A stretch of 64,000 bases of DNA from an uncultured Clostridiaceae bacterium (GTDB lineage: Bacteria; Bacillota; Clostridia; Lachnospirales; Lachnospiraceae). The stretch's first letter is position 1. Each line of letters starts with the position of its first letter. Location: NCBI GenBank assembly GCA_902477765.1, contig CABSIM010000003.1:38667-102666 (forward strand), in the 5' to 3' direction. A program made the translations under genes and the position numbers. Shown here in pieces: positions 47,160-57,536 of the stretch. Under the pieces are notes generated by a model that was given only the letters and a program-made list of their open reading frames with translations, made no database searches and had not been told where the DNA came from.

Positions 47160-48990
47160 CAGGAAAGTATTCCAGACACGTCTGGAAAAACATTATGACG
47201 AACTGAAATGGCTTTACTGCGAGCTGTATCCGGGACAAGAGGATCTGTTCCATCAGCTTTGCGGGAAGCTGGAATACAGGTTTTCCGAGAGGGCTGCAGA
47301 GCTGAAAGAGCTGGACCAAAAGCGGATTTCGGATCCGGACTGGTACCGGCGCAATGATATGGTCGGAATGATGCTCTATACGGACGCTTTTGCAGGAAAT
47401 CTGAACGGAGTGAAGAAGAAGCTGGATTATCTGGAGGAGTGCGGAGTCAGCTATATTCATCTGATGCCTCTTCTGGACTCTCCCAAGGTGAGAAACGACG
47501 GAGGCTATGCCGTATCGGATTTCACCAGAGTAAAGGACGGACTGGGGACCATGGAGGACCTTTCGTCCCTGACCGGGGAATGCCACAGGCGCGGCATCAG
47601 CGTCTGCCTGGATTTCGTCATGAACCACACGTCGGACGAACACGAGTGGGCTCTCCGGGCCAGAAACGGAGAAAAGGAATATCAGGACCGGTATTTCTTC
47701 TATGACAGCTATGATATCCCCGGACAGTTTGAAAAAACATGTCCTCAGGTATTTCCCACCACAGCTCCGGGAAACTTTACATGGCTGGAAGATATCCGGA
47801 AATTCGTGATGACCACATTCTATCCCTACCAGTGGGATCTGAATTACAGAAACCCGGCAGTTTTTGAGGATATGACGGATTTCCTTCTGAATCTGACCAA
47901 TAAAGGAATCGATATCATCCGGATCGATGCGGTTCCCTATATCTGGAAGGAACTGGGCACCAGCTGCCGGAACCTTCCCCAGGTTCACAGCATCGTAAGA
48001 ATGATGCGGATGATCTGTGAGATTGTGTGTCCCGGAGTTCTGCTTCTGGGTGAGGTGGTCATGGAACCGGAAAAGGTGGTTCCCTATTTCGGAACGGTGA
48101 AAAAGCCGGAATGCCATATGCTGTACAATGTGACCACCATGGCCACCACCTGGCATACGGTTGCGGTCCGGGACGTGTCCCTGCTGAAACGGCAGATGGA
48201 TATTGTCAGCAGTCTTCCCAGGGAATATGTGTTCCTGAATTACCTGCGGTGCCATGATGACATCGGATGGGGTCTGGAATACGGCTGGCTCAGGGAAAGA
48301 GGCATGGAAGAGGTGGCTCATAAGAAATACCTCAACGATTACTTTACCGGCAGGTATCCGGGATCAGATTCCCGCGGTGAGCTGTACAATGACGATCCCC
48401 GCCTGGGAGATGCCAGACTCTGCGGAACCACGGCATCTCTCTGCGGAGTGGAGGCAGCCCTGGAAAGAAATGATGAAGAGGCCCTGGAGCGGTCCGTGGA
48501 CTGTGATCTGATGCTTCATGGCTATATGCTGGCACAGTCCGGAATTCCCATGCTTTACAGCGGAGACGAGGTGGGCCGGCTCAATGATTACACATATAAA
48601 GAGGATCCCAGAAAGGCAGCAGATTCCAGATACATACACAGAGGGGCCTTTCAGTGGAAAGAGGCAGCGCTCAGGAAAAAGAAGGGAACCGTTCAGAACC
48701 GTCTGTTTTCCGGAATTGTGAAAATGGAAAAGATCCGGAAAACACATGAGGTTTTTCTGAATGCCGCCGCGGTCCGGACGCTGGATACCTATGACCCGTC
48801 TGTGCTCTGTCTGGTAAGAGAACTGAACGGGGAAAAATTTATCGGACTGTTTAATTTCTCCCCATGGGGGAAAACCGCCTGGATCAACGAACCGGGCATG
48901 TATCGTGATTTGATTTCGGAGGAGACGCTGGAAGCGAAAGGGGTTCTGATGCCCCCTTACGGAGTCCGGTGGATGTTTAAAGTCGATTAA
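47152..48990 (+). CDS. GH13 amylosucrase/sucrose hydrolase-like enzyme
   Basis: DGGYAVSDF, DFVMNHTS, RIDAVPYIWK (nucleophile), GEVV (acid/base), YLRCHDDIGW, RLCGTTASLCG and DSRYIHR match amylosucrase (GH13_4) patterns. Confidence 0.85.
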   Translation: MDDRKVFQTRLEKHYDELKWLYCELYPGQEDLFHQLCGKLEYRFSERAAELKELDQKRISDPDWYRRNDMVGMMLYTDAFAGNLNGVKKKLDYLEECGVSYIHLMPLLDSPKVRNDGGYAVSDFTRVKDGLGTMEDLSSLTGECHRRGISVCLDFVMNHTSDEHEWALRARNGEKEYQDRYFFYDSYDIPGQFEKTCPQVFPTTAPGNFTWLEDIRKFVMTTFYPYQWDLNYRNPAVFEDMTDFLLNLTNKGIDIIRIDAVPYIWKELGTSCRNLPQVHSIVRMMRMICEIVCPGVLLLGEVVMEPEKVVPYFGTVKKPECHMLYNVTTMATTWHTVAVRDVSLLKRQMDIVSSLPREYVFLNYLRCHDDIGWGLEYGWLRERGMEEVAHKKYLNDYFTGRYPGSDSRGELYNDDPRLGDARLCGTTASLCGVEAALERNDEEALERSVDCDLMLHGYMLAQSGIPMLYSGDEVGRLNDYTYKEDPRKAADSRYIHRGAFQWKEAALRKKKGTVQNRLFSGIVKMEKIRKTHEVFLNAAAVRTLDTYDPSVLCLVRELNGEKFIGLFNFSPWGKTAWINEPGMYRDLISEETLEAKGVLMPPYGVRWMFKVD

Positions 48991-49009
48991 GAAAGGATTA
49001 GGAAAAGAT

Positions 49010-50122
49010 ATGGCCAGTGTTCAGCTGAAAAACGTATGCAAAAAATATCCCAACGGATATGAAGCAGTAAAAGATTTTAATCTGGATATTGAAGACAAGG
49101 AATTTATTATTTTTGTCGGACCCTCCGGCTGCGGTAAATCCACAACGCTCCGGATGATTGCCGGCCTGGAGGACATTTCTTCCGGAGAACTGATCATTGA
49201 CGGAAAAGTGGTCAATGACGTGGAGCCCAAGGACCGTGACATTGCCATGGTTTTCCAGAGCTATGCCCTGTATCCCCACATGACTGTCTATGACAACATG
49301 GCATTCTCCCTGAAACTCAAGAAAAGACCCAAGGACGAAATCGACCGGGCCGTCCGTGAGGCAGCCAGAATCCTGGATCTGGAGCCCCTTCTGGAAAGAA
49401 AGCCCAGAGCCCTTTCCGGCGGACAGCGACAGAGGGTGGCCATGGGACGTGCCATTGTCAGAAATCCCAAGGTATTCCTGATGGATGAGCCGCTGTCCAA
49501 TCTGGATGCAAAACTGAGAGGCCAGATGCGTGTGGAAATTTCCAAACTCCACCAGAGACTGGGAGCCACCATTATCTATGTAACCCATGACCAGACAGAG
49601 GCCATGACCCTGGGTACCCGGATCGTTGTCATGAAAGACGGCGTGGTGCAGCAGATCGACACACCCCAGAACCTGTACGACCATCCCTGCAATAAATTTG
49701 TGGCCGGCTTCATCGGATCTCCGCAGATGAACATGATTACTGCAGATGCCGTGGAAGAAAACGGAAATGTGGTGCTGAAGTTTGCAGGCCAGAGCATTGT
49801 ACTCAGTCCGGAAAGAGCAAAGGCATTAAAGGACGGCGGATATGTGGGACAGAAGGTGATTCTCGGAATCCGCCCGGAAGATGTACACAGCGATGAAGAA
49901 TCCCTGAAGAAATTCCCGGGAACAGCGTTTGAGGCAGAGGTACGGGTGTTTGAGATGCTGGGCGCCAGCGCTCTGATTTATTTCAATCTGGGAGAAAGCG
50001 GATGGGTGGCTTCCGTGGATGCAGCCACCAAGGCCAGAACCGGTGACAGGGTGCGCCTTGCCATGGATACCCAGAAACTCCATATTTTCGACTATAACAC
50101 AGAAAAGACCATTGTAGACTAG
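49010..50122 (+). CDS. msmK: Sugar ABC ATP-binding protein (MsmK/UgpC type)
   Basis: GPSGCGKS, LSGGQRQRVAMGRAIVR and FVAGFIGSP. Confidence 0.9.
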   Translation: MASVQLKNVCKKYPNGYEAVKDFNLDIEDKEFIIFVGPSGCGKSTTLRMIAGLEDISSGELIIDGKVVNDVEPKDRDIAMVFQSYALYPHMTVYDNMAFSLKLKKRPKDEIDRAVREAARILDLEPLLERKPRALSGGQRQRVAMGRAIVRNPKVFLMDEPLSNLDAKLRGQMRVEISKLHQRLGATIIYVTHDQTEAMTLGTRIVVMKDGVVQQIDTPQNLYDHPCNKFVAGFIGSPQMNMITADAVEENGNVVLKFAGQSIVLSPERAKALKDGGYVGQKVILGIRPEDVHSDEESLKKFPGTAFEAEVRVFEMLGASALIYFNLGESGWVASVDAATKARTGDRVRLAMDTQKLHIFDYNTEKTIVD

Positions 50123-50141
50123 CTGAATCAAGGACCTGAAG

Positions 50142-50179
50142 AAGCTGCCGCTCCGGCTGTGCCGGATGCGGCAGCTTTT
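50142..50179 (+). terminator. Terminator of the sugar operon
   Basis: AAGCTGCCGC...GCGGCAGCTTTT. Confidence 0.7.
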
Positions 50180-50193
50180 ATGCCGTCATGGGT

Positions 50194-50222
50194 TTGACAA
50201 ATCCCGTCCCCTGGCGTATCAT
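50194..50222 (+). promoter_or_regulatory. Sigma-A promoter of the nudC operon
   Basis: TTGACA (50194-50199), 17 nt spacer, TATCAT (50217-50222). Confidence 0.65.
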
Positions 50223-50274
50223 GGACATAACGGCGGAAAAACAGAACCAACAGAAAAAGTAAGGAGAAACGGAC

Positions 50275-51156
50275 ATGATACAGGATATCGCACCGCACCG
50301 ATATGACCTTTCCTACGGCCGTCCGGTGCCGCGGGATGAAGATTATGTACTCTACATAAAAAGCAGCAAGACACTTCTGCGGAAAGCAGAAGGGGAAAAT
50401 CATGAAATTCCCAGGTTTTCCGATTTCCCCGGGGAAAAGGAAAAACTGAAGGAACAGGCCTATTACCTGTTTTCCATTGACGGAACCGGATACTTTTACG
50501 TGACGGGGCTTCTGGAAGGAAAAGAAGGCGGTGAATATGAACTCTGTCCCACATCCGTGTTCCGGAAGATGACGCCCATTCATCAGGCATTTGCCGGAAT
50601 TACGGCTACGCAGCTGCACCGGTGGAAAGAAAGCCGGAAATTCTGCGGGCGCTGCGGACACGAAACGGAAGACAGCAAAATCGAGCGGGCACTGGTATGC
50701 CCCTTCTGCGGACAGGTGGAATATCCCAAAATTTCTCCGGCTGTTATTGTGGCCATCACCGACGGAGACAGGATCCTGATGTCCAGATACCGGGTCAGCA
50801 ACAATCCGTACCGCGGATATGCCCTCATCGCCGGATTCGTGGAGATCGGAGAGACATTTGAAGATACCGTGCGCCGGGAAGTCATGGAGGAAGTGGGGCT
50901 GAAGGTGAAAAATATCCGGTATTACAAAAGCCAGCCATGGGCATTTTCCGACACGGAGATGATCGGATTTTTTGCGGAGCTGGACGGAGATGATACCATA
51001 AAGCTTCAGGAAGACGAGCTTTCCGAGGCAGGCTGGTTCACCAGAGATCAGGTACCGGACGAGACCATGATGGTCAGCATCGGAAGCGAGCTGAAAATGA
51101 TCTTCAAATACGGAAGTCTGGAACGGTTTTATGAAGCAGCAGGCATGAAGGCCTGA
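50275..51156 (+). CDS. nudC: NAD(+)/NADH diphosphatase
   Basis: FCGRCG...CPFCG zinc finger, YPKISPAVIV, AGFVEIGET.EDTVRREVMEEVG and the SQPW motif. Confidence 0.93.
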   Translation: MIQDIAPHRYDLSYGRPVPRDEDYVLYIKSSKTLLRKAEGENHEIPRFSDFPGEKEKLKEQAYYLFSIDGTGYFYVTGLLEGKEGGEYELCPTSVFRKMTPIHQAFAGITATQLHRWKESRKFCGRCGHETEDSKIERALVCPFCGQVEYPKISPAVIVAITDGDRILMSRYRVSNNPYRGYALIAGFVEIGETFEDTVRREVMEEVGLKVKNIRYYKSQPWAFSDTEMIGFFAELDGDDTIKLQEDELSEAGWFTRDQVPDETMMVSIGSELKMIFKYGSLERFYEAAGMKA

Positions 51157-51174
51157 GAAAAACGGAGGGATCCT

Positions 51175-51732
51175 ATGGCAAAACGCACCATGTGGACCAA
51201 ACAGCACAAGAATGTTCTGGCGCTTCTGCGCCGGGACGGAAGATATACGGCCAAAAAAGAATATATTCAGATGGATCTTCAGGAACAGGCACCTCTGGTG
51301 CTGGAAACCTACGACTGGCTTGTGAAGCATGTGCCCGGAGCGGAAACACGGCCGCAGGACGCGGAATATCCGGTCTGGCTGTCCTATACAGGGGAAGCAA
51401 CCATGCTGCCGGGGAAAGACAGCGTGATTCTGAAACTTTCCGTGGATGAAGATCTGATTACACCGTTAAATATCATCAAATGGGGAAAGATACTGAACTA
51501 TTCCTATATTCCGGAAAATGATGCGGACGCCTCCGCACATATGGCCATGCTGGAAGCCTATGGAGTCAGTGACACCAAGGCATATATGTCTCAGTTCTAT
51601 CCTCAGATCAAGCGTGAGATCATAAACAGCTGGGACCGGCTGTTTGACGAGAACATCCTTCTGGGAAATGACCTGAAATACGGAATCGTGTGGGAGCTGA
51701 GAGAAGAATGGATCGAAACAGTGACAGAATGA
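51175..51732 (+). CDS. DUF3841-like protein (paralog 1)
   Basis: WTKQ...YDWL...EYPVW...SWDRLFD...WELREEWI pattern. Confidence 0.75.
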   Translation: MAKRTMWTKQHKNVLALLRRDGRYTAKKEYIQMDLQEQAPLVLETYDWLVKHVPGAETRPQDAEYPVWLSYTGEATMLPGKDSVILKLSVDEDLITPLNIIKWGKILNYSYIPENDADASAHMAMLEAYGVSDTKAYMSQFYPQIKREIINSWDRLFDENILLGNDLKYGIVWELREEWIETVTE

Positions 51733-52307
51733 TTCTTTATTCCCTGCAGATGCCGCCGGTACTGGCGGCCATCGAAAAAGACGGGGCCTGTTTTTCAAAA
51801 GAAATCTATGTCCGGAAAAAATACGGAGAGAGTGCGCCGGTATTCCTCACGGCATACAGATGGTTTGTGAGCCGTATGCCGGATTATGTTCCGAAGCCGG
51901 AAGCCGCGGAATTCCCCTACTGGGCATTCCGGGATCTGTACAGTCTGGAAGCATCGCCGGAGGTGCCGCCCCTGACCCTTCAGGTGCCTGTGTCGGAAGC
52001 GGTTTTCTTTGACATGTATGACTGGAACAGGATCATGCGGCTTCAGTATATGGGAGAGTCTGAGGAAGAGGAAAAAGAATTCGGAAGGGAACTGGCACTC
52101 CGGGGAATCGACGGAACCAGAGTCATGCTGACCGGATTCTATCCGGACCTGAAAGAAAAGATCATGAAAAGCTGGGACCGTCTGTTCCGGCATCATGAGC
52201 GCATAAAGGCAGGGGATCTGACAGGTGTGGGAAGCGTACAGGCAGGACTGTGGCAGATACGCAAAGACTGGATTGATGACGGATTTCCGCAGAAAAAAAA
52301 CGGATAA
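51729..52307 (+). CDS. DUF3841-like protein (paralog 2)
   Basis: YSLQ...YRWF...EFPYW...SWDRLF...QAGLWQIRKDWI; ATGA overlap with paralog 1. Confidence 0.75.
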   Translation: MILYSLQMPPVLAAIEKDGACFSKEIYVRKKYGESAPVFLTAYRWFVSRMPDYVPKPEAAEFPYWAFRDLYSLEASPEVPPLTLQVPVSEAVFFDMYDWNRIMRLQYMGESEEEEKEFGRELALRGIDGTRVMLTGFYPDLKEKIMKSWDRLFRHHERIKAGDLTGVGSVQAGLWQIRKDWIDDGFPQKKNG

Positions 52308-52325
52308 AGTATATATGAAAAAAGG

Positions 52326-52372
52326 AAAGGACGGAAAGACGCCGCCAACGGAAGCGTCAGACCGTCCTTTTT
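52326..52372. terminator. Bidirectional terminator
   Basis: AAAGGACGG...CCGTCCTTTTT between convergent genes. Confidence 0.7.
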
Positions 52373-52409
52373 ATTTCCCGTCTGCTGCCGTCATCCGGAC
52401 GGGATTTTC

Positions 52410-53312
52410 TCAGGACACCTGCCGTCCCATGGATCTGCAGAAGTTCAGAAATTCCCTGAGAGTATCGGAGGTATCCTGAGTCGTGCAGGCGAAGCCGATG
52501 ACCCGTTCCGGCACAGGAGCGGAAAGGGGGACCTCGATGAGAGAGCCGGCATCCAGATCATCCCGGACAAATTCCTTGATGACACAGCCGATGCCGAGAC
52601 CGATCCGTGAAAATTCGATCAGAAGATCCATGCTGGTCACTTCCAGAAGATGGTTGGTTTCCAGATGCTGATCTGCAAAGTAACGGTCGATATGATTCCT
52701 GGTCATGTTGTTTCTGTCCAGAAGCATGATGTTTCCCGTCTGGAAAATATCCGTGTCCTTTCCCTCTCTCAGAAGCAGATTGTCCAGATAGGACCGGGTA
52801 CAGACAAACCCGTCGTGGATTTCCATGACCGGGGAAAAATAAATATTTTTCCGGTTTCTGGGTTCTGCCACCAGGCCCACGTCGATGCGCCTGTCCTCGA
52901 TCATGTCCAGGGTGTGGACCGTGGACTGGGTCTCAATGGAGATATTCACATGAGGATACTTTTCTATGAAACCCTTCAGATAAGGAAGCAGCACATATTT
53001 GCAGAGGGTGCTGCTGACACCGATACAGAGATGCCCGATATGGAAGTCATGAATCCGCTTGAGTTCTTTTTCTCCGCGGTCCAGGGATTCGAAAGCGGCG
53101 CTTACATGCTGATAGAGCACAAGGCCCTCCCGCGTCAGCTGTACCCCGCGGGAATTTCTTAAAAACAGCCGGGTACTCAGGTTTTCCTCCAGTTTGCTGA
53201 TGGCTTTGCTGATGGCCGGCTGGCTGATGTAGAGTTCTTTGGCGGCTCTGGAAATATTGCCGCAGCGGGCCACTTCATAAAAAATCCGGTACTGGGACAG
53301 ATGCTGTTCCAT
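52410..53312 (-). CDS. LysR family transcriptional regulator
   Basis: [25 protein letters not shown]...[15 protein letters not shown]; divergent from leuC. Confidence 0.95.
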   Translation of the reverse strand: MEQHLSQYRIFYEVARCGNISRAAKELYISQPAISKAISKLEENLSTRLFLRNSRGVQLTREGLVLYQHVSAAFESLDRGEKELKRIHDFHIGHLCIGVSSTLCKYVLLPYLKGFIEKYPHVNISIETQSTVHTLDMIEDRRIDVGLVAEPRNRKNIYFSPVMEIHDGFVCTRSYLDNLLLREGKDTDIFQTGNIMLLDRNNMTRNHIDRYFADQHLETNHLLEVTSMDLLIEFSRIGLGIGCVIKEFVRDDLDAGSLIEVPLSAPVPERVIGFACTTQDTSDTLREFLNFCRSMGRQVS

Positions 53313-53420
53313 ATTTATAACTCCTCTTCATGGTTAATATTCGTATTATGTATTTCTATTATAGTGAAACCTGTGCTAGAATGTCAACAGATTCAAAGTG
53401 CGGAAGGGAGAGATTTCCAT

Positions 53421-54686
53421 ATGGGAATGACGATGACACAGAAGATTCTGGCTGCCCATGCGGGACTGGAACATGTGGAGGCAGGCCAGCTGATCGAAGC
53501 CAGTCTTGATATGGTACTGGGAAATGATATCACATCTCCGGTGGCCATCAACGAGATGAAGAAAATGAAAAACCAGACCGTATTCGACAAAGAAAAGATC
53601 GCTCTGGTTATGGACCATTTCATACCCAATAAAGATATCAAATCTGCTGAAAACTGCAAATGCTGCAGGGATTTTGCCAATGCCCATGAGATTGTCAATT
53701 ATTTTGATGTGGGAGCCATGGGAATTGAACATGCCCTGCTTCCGGAAAAAGGCCTGGTAACAGCCGGAGACGCCGTGATCGGAGCCGATTCCCATACCTG
53801 TACCTACGGGGCGCTGGGCGCATTTTCCACAGGCGTGGGCAGTACGGATATGGCTGCCGGCATGGTGACAGGAAAAGCATGGTTCAAGGTGCCGTCTGCC
53901 ATCCGGTTTGAACTGACGGGGAAACCTTCCAGATGGGTCAGCGGAAAGGACGTGATTCTGCATATCATCGGCATGATCGGCGTGGACGGGGCTCTTTATA
54001 AGTCCATGGAGTTTACCGGAGACGGCATCAGAAATCTCACCATGGATGACCGTTTCACCATCTGCAACATGGCAATTGAAGCAGGCGGAAAGAACGGAAT
54101 TTTCCCGGTGGATGAAAAGACTCTGGAATACATAAAAGAACACGGCGGCAAAACCGGCACCATCTATGAGCCGGATGAAGATGCACAGTATGATGCGGTA
54201 TATACCATAGACCTGTCAGAGCTGAAGCCCACGGTGGCTTTTCCGCATCTTCCTGAAAATACAAAAGAAGTGGGCACCTTCGGAGACATTGCCATTGACC
54301 AGGCAGTGATCGGTTCCTGTACCAACGGAAGGATTCAGGATATCCGTCAGGCCGCGGAAATCATGAAAGGACGGAAAGTGGCCAAAAATGTCCGCTGTAT
54401 CGTGATTCCTGCCACACAGGCCATCTATCTCCAGGCCATGAGAGAAGGACTCCTTGAGATTTTCATCGAGGCAGGAGCTGTGGTCAGCACGCCCACCTGC
54501 GGCCCGTGTCTGGGCGGCTATATGGGAATTCTGGCAGCCGGAGAACGGTGCATTTCCACCACCAACAGGAACTTTGTGGGCCGCATGGGACATGTGGATT
54601 CCGAAGTATATCTGGCAAGCCCCGCAGTGGCAGCCGCCAGTGCAGTGACAGGAAAGATTTCATGTCCCTGTGAACTGGGATTATAG
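53421..54686 (+). CDS. leuC: 3-isopropylmalate dehydratase large subunit (short archaeal/clostridial type)
   Basis: [33 protein letters not shown] and [12 protein letters not shown]. Confidence 0.9.
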   Translation: MGMTMTQKILAAHAGLEHVEAGQLIEASLDMVLGNDITSPVAINEMKKMKNQTVFDKEKIALVMDHFIPNKDIKSAENCKCCRDFANAHEIVNYFDVGAMGIEHALLPEKGLVTAGDAVIGADSHTCTYGALGAFSTGVGSTDMAAGMVTGKAWFKVPSAIRFELTGKPSRWVSGKDVILHIIGMIGVDGALYKSMEFTGDGIRNLTMDDRFTICNMAIEAGGKNGIFPVDEKTLEYIKEHGGKTGTIYEPDEDAQYDAVYTIDLSELKPTVAFPHLPENTKEVGTFGDIAIDQAVIGSCTNGRIQDIRQAAEIMKGRKVAKNVRCIVIPATQAIYLQAMREGLLEIFIEAGAVVSTPTCGPCLGGYMGILAAGERCISTTNRNFVGRMGHVDSEVYLASPAVAAASAVTGKISCPCELGL

Positions 54687-54698
54687 GAGGGATTGTTT

Positions 54699-55190
54699 AT
54701 GCAGGCAGACGGAAGAGTGTTTAAATACGGAGACAATGTGGACACGGACGTGATCATTCCGGCCCGCTACCTCAATGCCACCCAGGGAGAAGAACTGGCA
54801 AAGCATTGCATGGAAGACATCGATAAAGAATTTATTCATAAAGTAAAACCGGGCGATATCATCGTGGCGGAGAAAAACTTCGGCTGCGGTTCTTCCAGGG
54901 AACACGCGCCGCTGGCCATCAAATGTGCAGGAATCAGCTGCGTCATTGCCGAGACGTTTGCAAGGATCTTTTACCGGAACGCCATCAATATCGGTCTTCC
55001 CATCATTGAATGTCCGGAAGCGGCAAAGGCCATTCAGGACGGTGATGAGGTGGAGATTGATTTCGACAGCGGCATGATCCACAATAAAACAAGAAAGGAA
55101 TCCTACAAGGGACAGGCGTTCCCTCCGTTCATGCAGAAAATCATCGCTGCAGGCGGACTTGTAAACTACATCAACGAAGAAGCCAGATAA
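54699..55190 (+). CDS. leuD: 3-isopropylmalate dehydratase small subunit
   Basis: [26 protein letters not shown] and [15 protein letters not shown]. Confidence 0.9.
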   Translation: MQADGRVFKYGDNVDTDVIIPARYLNATQGEELAKHCMEDIDKEFIHKVKPGDIIVAEKNFGCGSSREHAPLAIKCAGISCVIAETFARIFYRNAINIGLPIIECPEAAKAIQDGDEVEIDFDSGMIHNKTRKESYKGQAFPPFMQKIIAAGGLVNYINEEAR

Positions 55191-55411
55191 AATTCAGCCC
55201 GGCAGCGCCGGGTGTCCTCTGACAGGGACAGTTCTGCATGTATCTGAGTCCGCGGAAGGTATTGCTCCGGCAGTATCTGACGCGGGCTTTTTTCTGCTGC
55301 AGGGAAGCACAGGCAGACCGGTTCCGTCCTGCACATGCCGGAAACCGTATACAGAATCTGCCGTCCTGCCGCTGTCCGGTGTTCTTTGTACAGGCAATCG
55401 GAATAAAACAC

Positions 55412-55495
55412 TTGACGAAAGTGCCTGGCAGCAGTATAGTTTAAGATAGTTTCACTTATACGCGTTAAAGTGCAACACTTTGATGCGAAAAAGAA
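55412..55495 (+). promoter_or_regulatory. Sigma-A promoter plus two tandem imperfect CACTTTA-N6-TAAAGTG palindromes
   Basis: TTGACG (55412), 17 nt spacer, TATAGT (55435); CACTTATACGCGTTAAAGTG (55453-55472) and CACTTTGATGCGAAAAAGAA (55476-55495). Confidence 0.55.
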
Positions 55496-55511
55496 TAGGG
55501 AGGAAATCAAT

Positions 55512-56558
55512 ATGAAAAAAACAGCTTTACTTGCAGCAGCAGTTCTGCTGGCAGTATCCATAGCAGGATGCAGCAGTCAGACAGCGGAATCTTCCGCGTC
55601 ATCCGTACAGACCAAGGCCGATACGTCCGGAGAGGCCTCAGCTGCCGGGGAGAAGGAGAGCGGAGATTCCGCAGACGGGGAAACGTATCAGGTGGGCATC
55701 TGCCAGCTGATCCAGCATCCGGCTCTGGATGCGGCCACGGAAGGATTTCAGGCAGCACTGAAAGAATCCTTGGGAGACAGGGTGTCCTTCGAGCTGCAGA
55801 ACGCGGCAGGGGACTCCGCCACCTGCGCATCCATTATCAATCAGTTTGTCTCCTCGTCTTCAGACCTGATTCTGGCCAACGGAACGGCGGCGCTTCAGGC
55901 GGCAGCCGCCGGAACCAATGAGATCCCGATTCTCGGCACATCCATCACCGATTATGCCACGGCTCTGGATATCGATGACTGGACCGGTTCCACAGGAACC
56001 AATATTTCGGGCACCTCCGATCTGGCGCCCCTGGACAAACAGGCGGAAATGCTGAAGGAGCTGTTTCCGGATGCAGAGAAAGTGGGACTTCTCTACTGTT
56101 CGGCTGAAGCCAACTCCGCATATCAGGTGAATACCATCCGCGGATACCTGGAGGAAATGGGCTATACCTGCACGGATTATACATTTGCGGATTCCAATGA
56201 TCTGGCCTCCGTTGTGACCAACGCGGTTTCCGCCTGCGATGTGATCTACATTCCCACAGACAATACGGCAGCGTCCAGCACAGGCATCATCAACAATATC
56301 TGTCTGCCGGCAGGTATTCCGGTCATTGCCGGTGAAGAGGGCATCTGCAGCGGCTGCGGCGTTGCCACTCTGTCCATTGATTATTATGATATCGGATACA
56401 AGGCCGGTGAGATGGCATGCCAGATTCTGGAAGAGGACGCCGATGTCAGCGCCATGCCCATCGAATATGCTCCTGCTGTTACGAAAAAATACAATGCGGC
56501 CAACTGTGAGACCCTTGGCATTCAGGTGCCGGAGGACTACGTTGCCATTGAGGAATAG
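55512..56558 (+). CDS. ABC substrate-binding lipoprotein (ABC_sub_bind, aromatic amino acid type)
   Basis: IAG-C lipobox, QLIQHPALDA, NISGTSD, EANS and YIPTDN. Confidence 0.88.
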   Translation: MKKTALLAAAVLLAVSIAGCSSQTAESSASSVQTKADTSGEASAAGEKESGDSADGETYQVGICQLIQHPALDAATEGFQAALKESLGDRVSFELQNAAGDSATCASIINQFVSSSSDLILANGTAALQAAAAGTNEIPILGTSITDYATALDIDDWTGSTGTNISGTSDLAPLDKQAEMLKELFPDAEKVGLLYCSAEANSAYQVNTIRGYLEEMGYTCTDYTFADSNDLASVVTNAVSACDVIYIPTDNTAASSTGIINNICLPAGIPVIAGEEGICSGCGVATLSIDYYDIGYKAGEMACQILEEDADVSAMPIEYAPAVTKKYNAANCETLGIQVPEDYVAIEE

Positions 56559-56600
56559 GCCGGAACGGTGCATTTCACTTGACAGAAGGAGGAAACAGAG

Positions 56601-57536
56601 TTGAACCTCGATGTGATGAATCTTTTCAATGCCATGCCGGGAGCCTGTGCCCAGGGACTGATCTGGGGCATCATGGCCATCGGTGTCTATATCACCTATA
56701 AAATTCTGGATCTGGCAGATCTGACTGTGGACGGGACCATGTGCACCGGCGGTGCAGTCTGCGTGGTGATGATCCTGAACGGCCATCCGGTCTGGCTGTC
56801 ACTGATCTGCGCGTTTCTGGCAGGAGTTGCTGCCGGCCTTGTGACGGGACTTCTCCATACCGCCATGGGAATTCCGGCGATTCTTGCAGGAATTCTGACG
56901 CAGCTGGGGCTGTATTCGGTAAACCTTAGAATCATGGGCGGAAAGGCCAATCAGGCGCTGAATGTGGATAAATATGACCTGCTGGTGTCTCTCAGATACA
57001 TCAAGGGAGTGCCTGTCACAAAAAACACGATTCTGGTGGCTGCCGTACTGGTGGCGCTGCTGATCGCCATTCTGTACTGGTTTTTCGGAACGGAGCTGGG
57101 CTGTGCGATCCGTGCCACCGGCTCCAATCCGGGCATGTCCCGGGCCCAGGGAATCAATACGGACCGGATGAAGATTCTGGGACTTATGGTGTCCAACGGA
57201 ATCGTGGCCTTTGCCAGCGGACTGTACGCCCAGTATCAGGGATTTTCTGAAATCAACGCCGGCCGCGGCGCCATCGTCATCGGTCTGGCAGCCGTGATCA
57301 TCGGTGAAGTGATTTTCGGAAAGATCAGTGTCAATTTTGCTTTCAAGCTTCTGTCTGTGGCCCTGGGCGCCATTATCTATTACATGGTTCTGCAGGTGGT
57401 GCTGTGGCTGGGACTGAATTCCAATGACCTGAAACTGCTGTCCGCTGCGGTGGTGGCAGTCTTCCTGGCAGTTCCCTACATGAAGGGAAGATATTTTGCA
57501 AAACCGGTCAGAAAAGGAGGTACTCCTCATGCTTGA
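56601..57536 (+). CDS. ABC permease (BPD_transp_2)
   Basis: DLTVDG, ILAGIL..LGLYSVNLRIMG and GAIVIGLAAVIIGE. Confidence 0.9.
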   Translation: MNLDVMNLFNAMPGACAQGLIWGIMAIGVYITYKILDLADLTVDGTMCTGGAVCVVMILNGHPVWLSLICAFLAGVAAGLVTGLLHTAMGIPAILAGILTQLGLYSVNLRIMGGKANQALNVDKYDLLVSLRYIKGVPVTKNTILVAAVLVALLIAILYWFFGTELGCAIRATGSNPGMSRAQGINTDRMKILGLMVSNGIVAFASGLYAQYQGFSEINAGRGAIVIGLAAVIIGEVIFGKISVNFAFKLLSVALGAIIYYMVLQVVLWLGLNSNDLKLLSAAVVAVFLAVPYMKGRYFAKPVRKGGTPHA

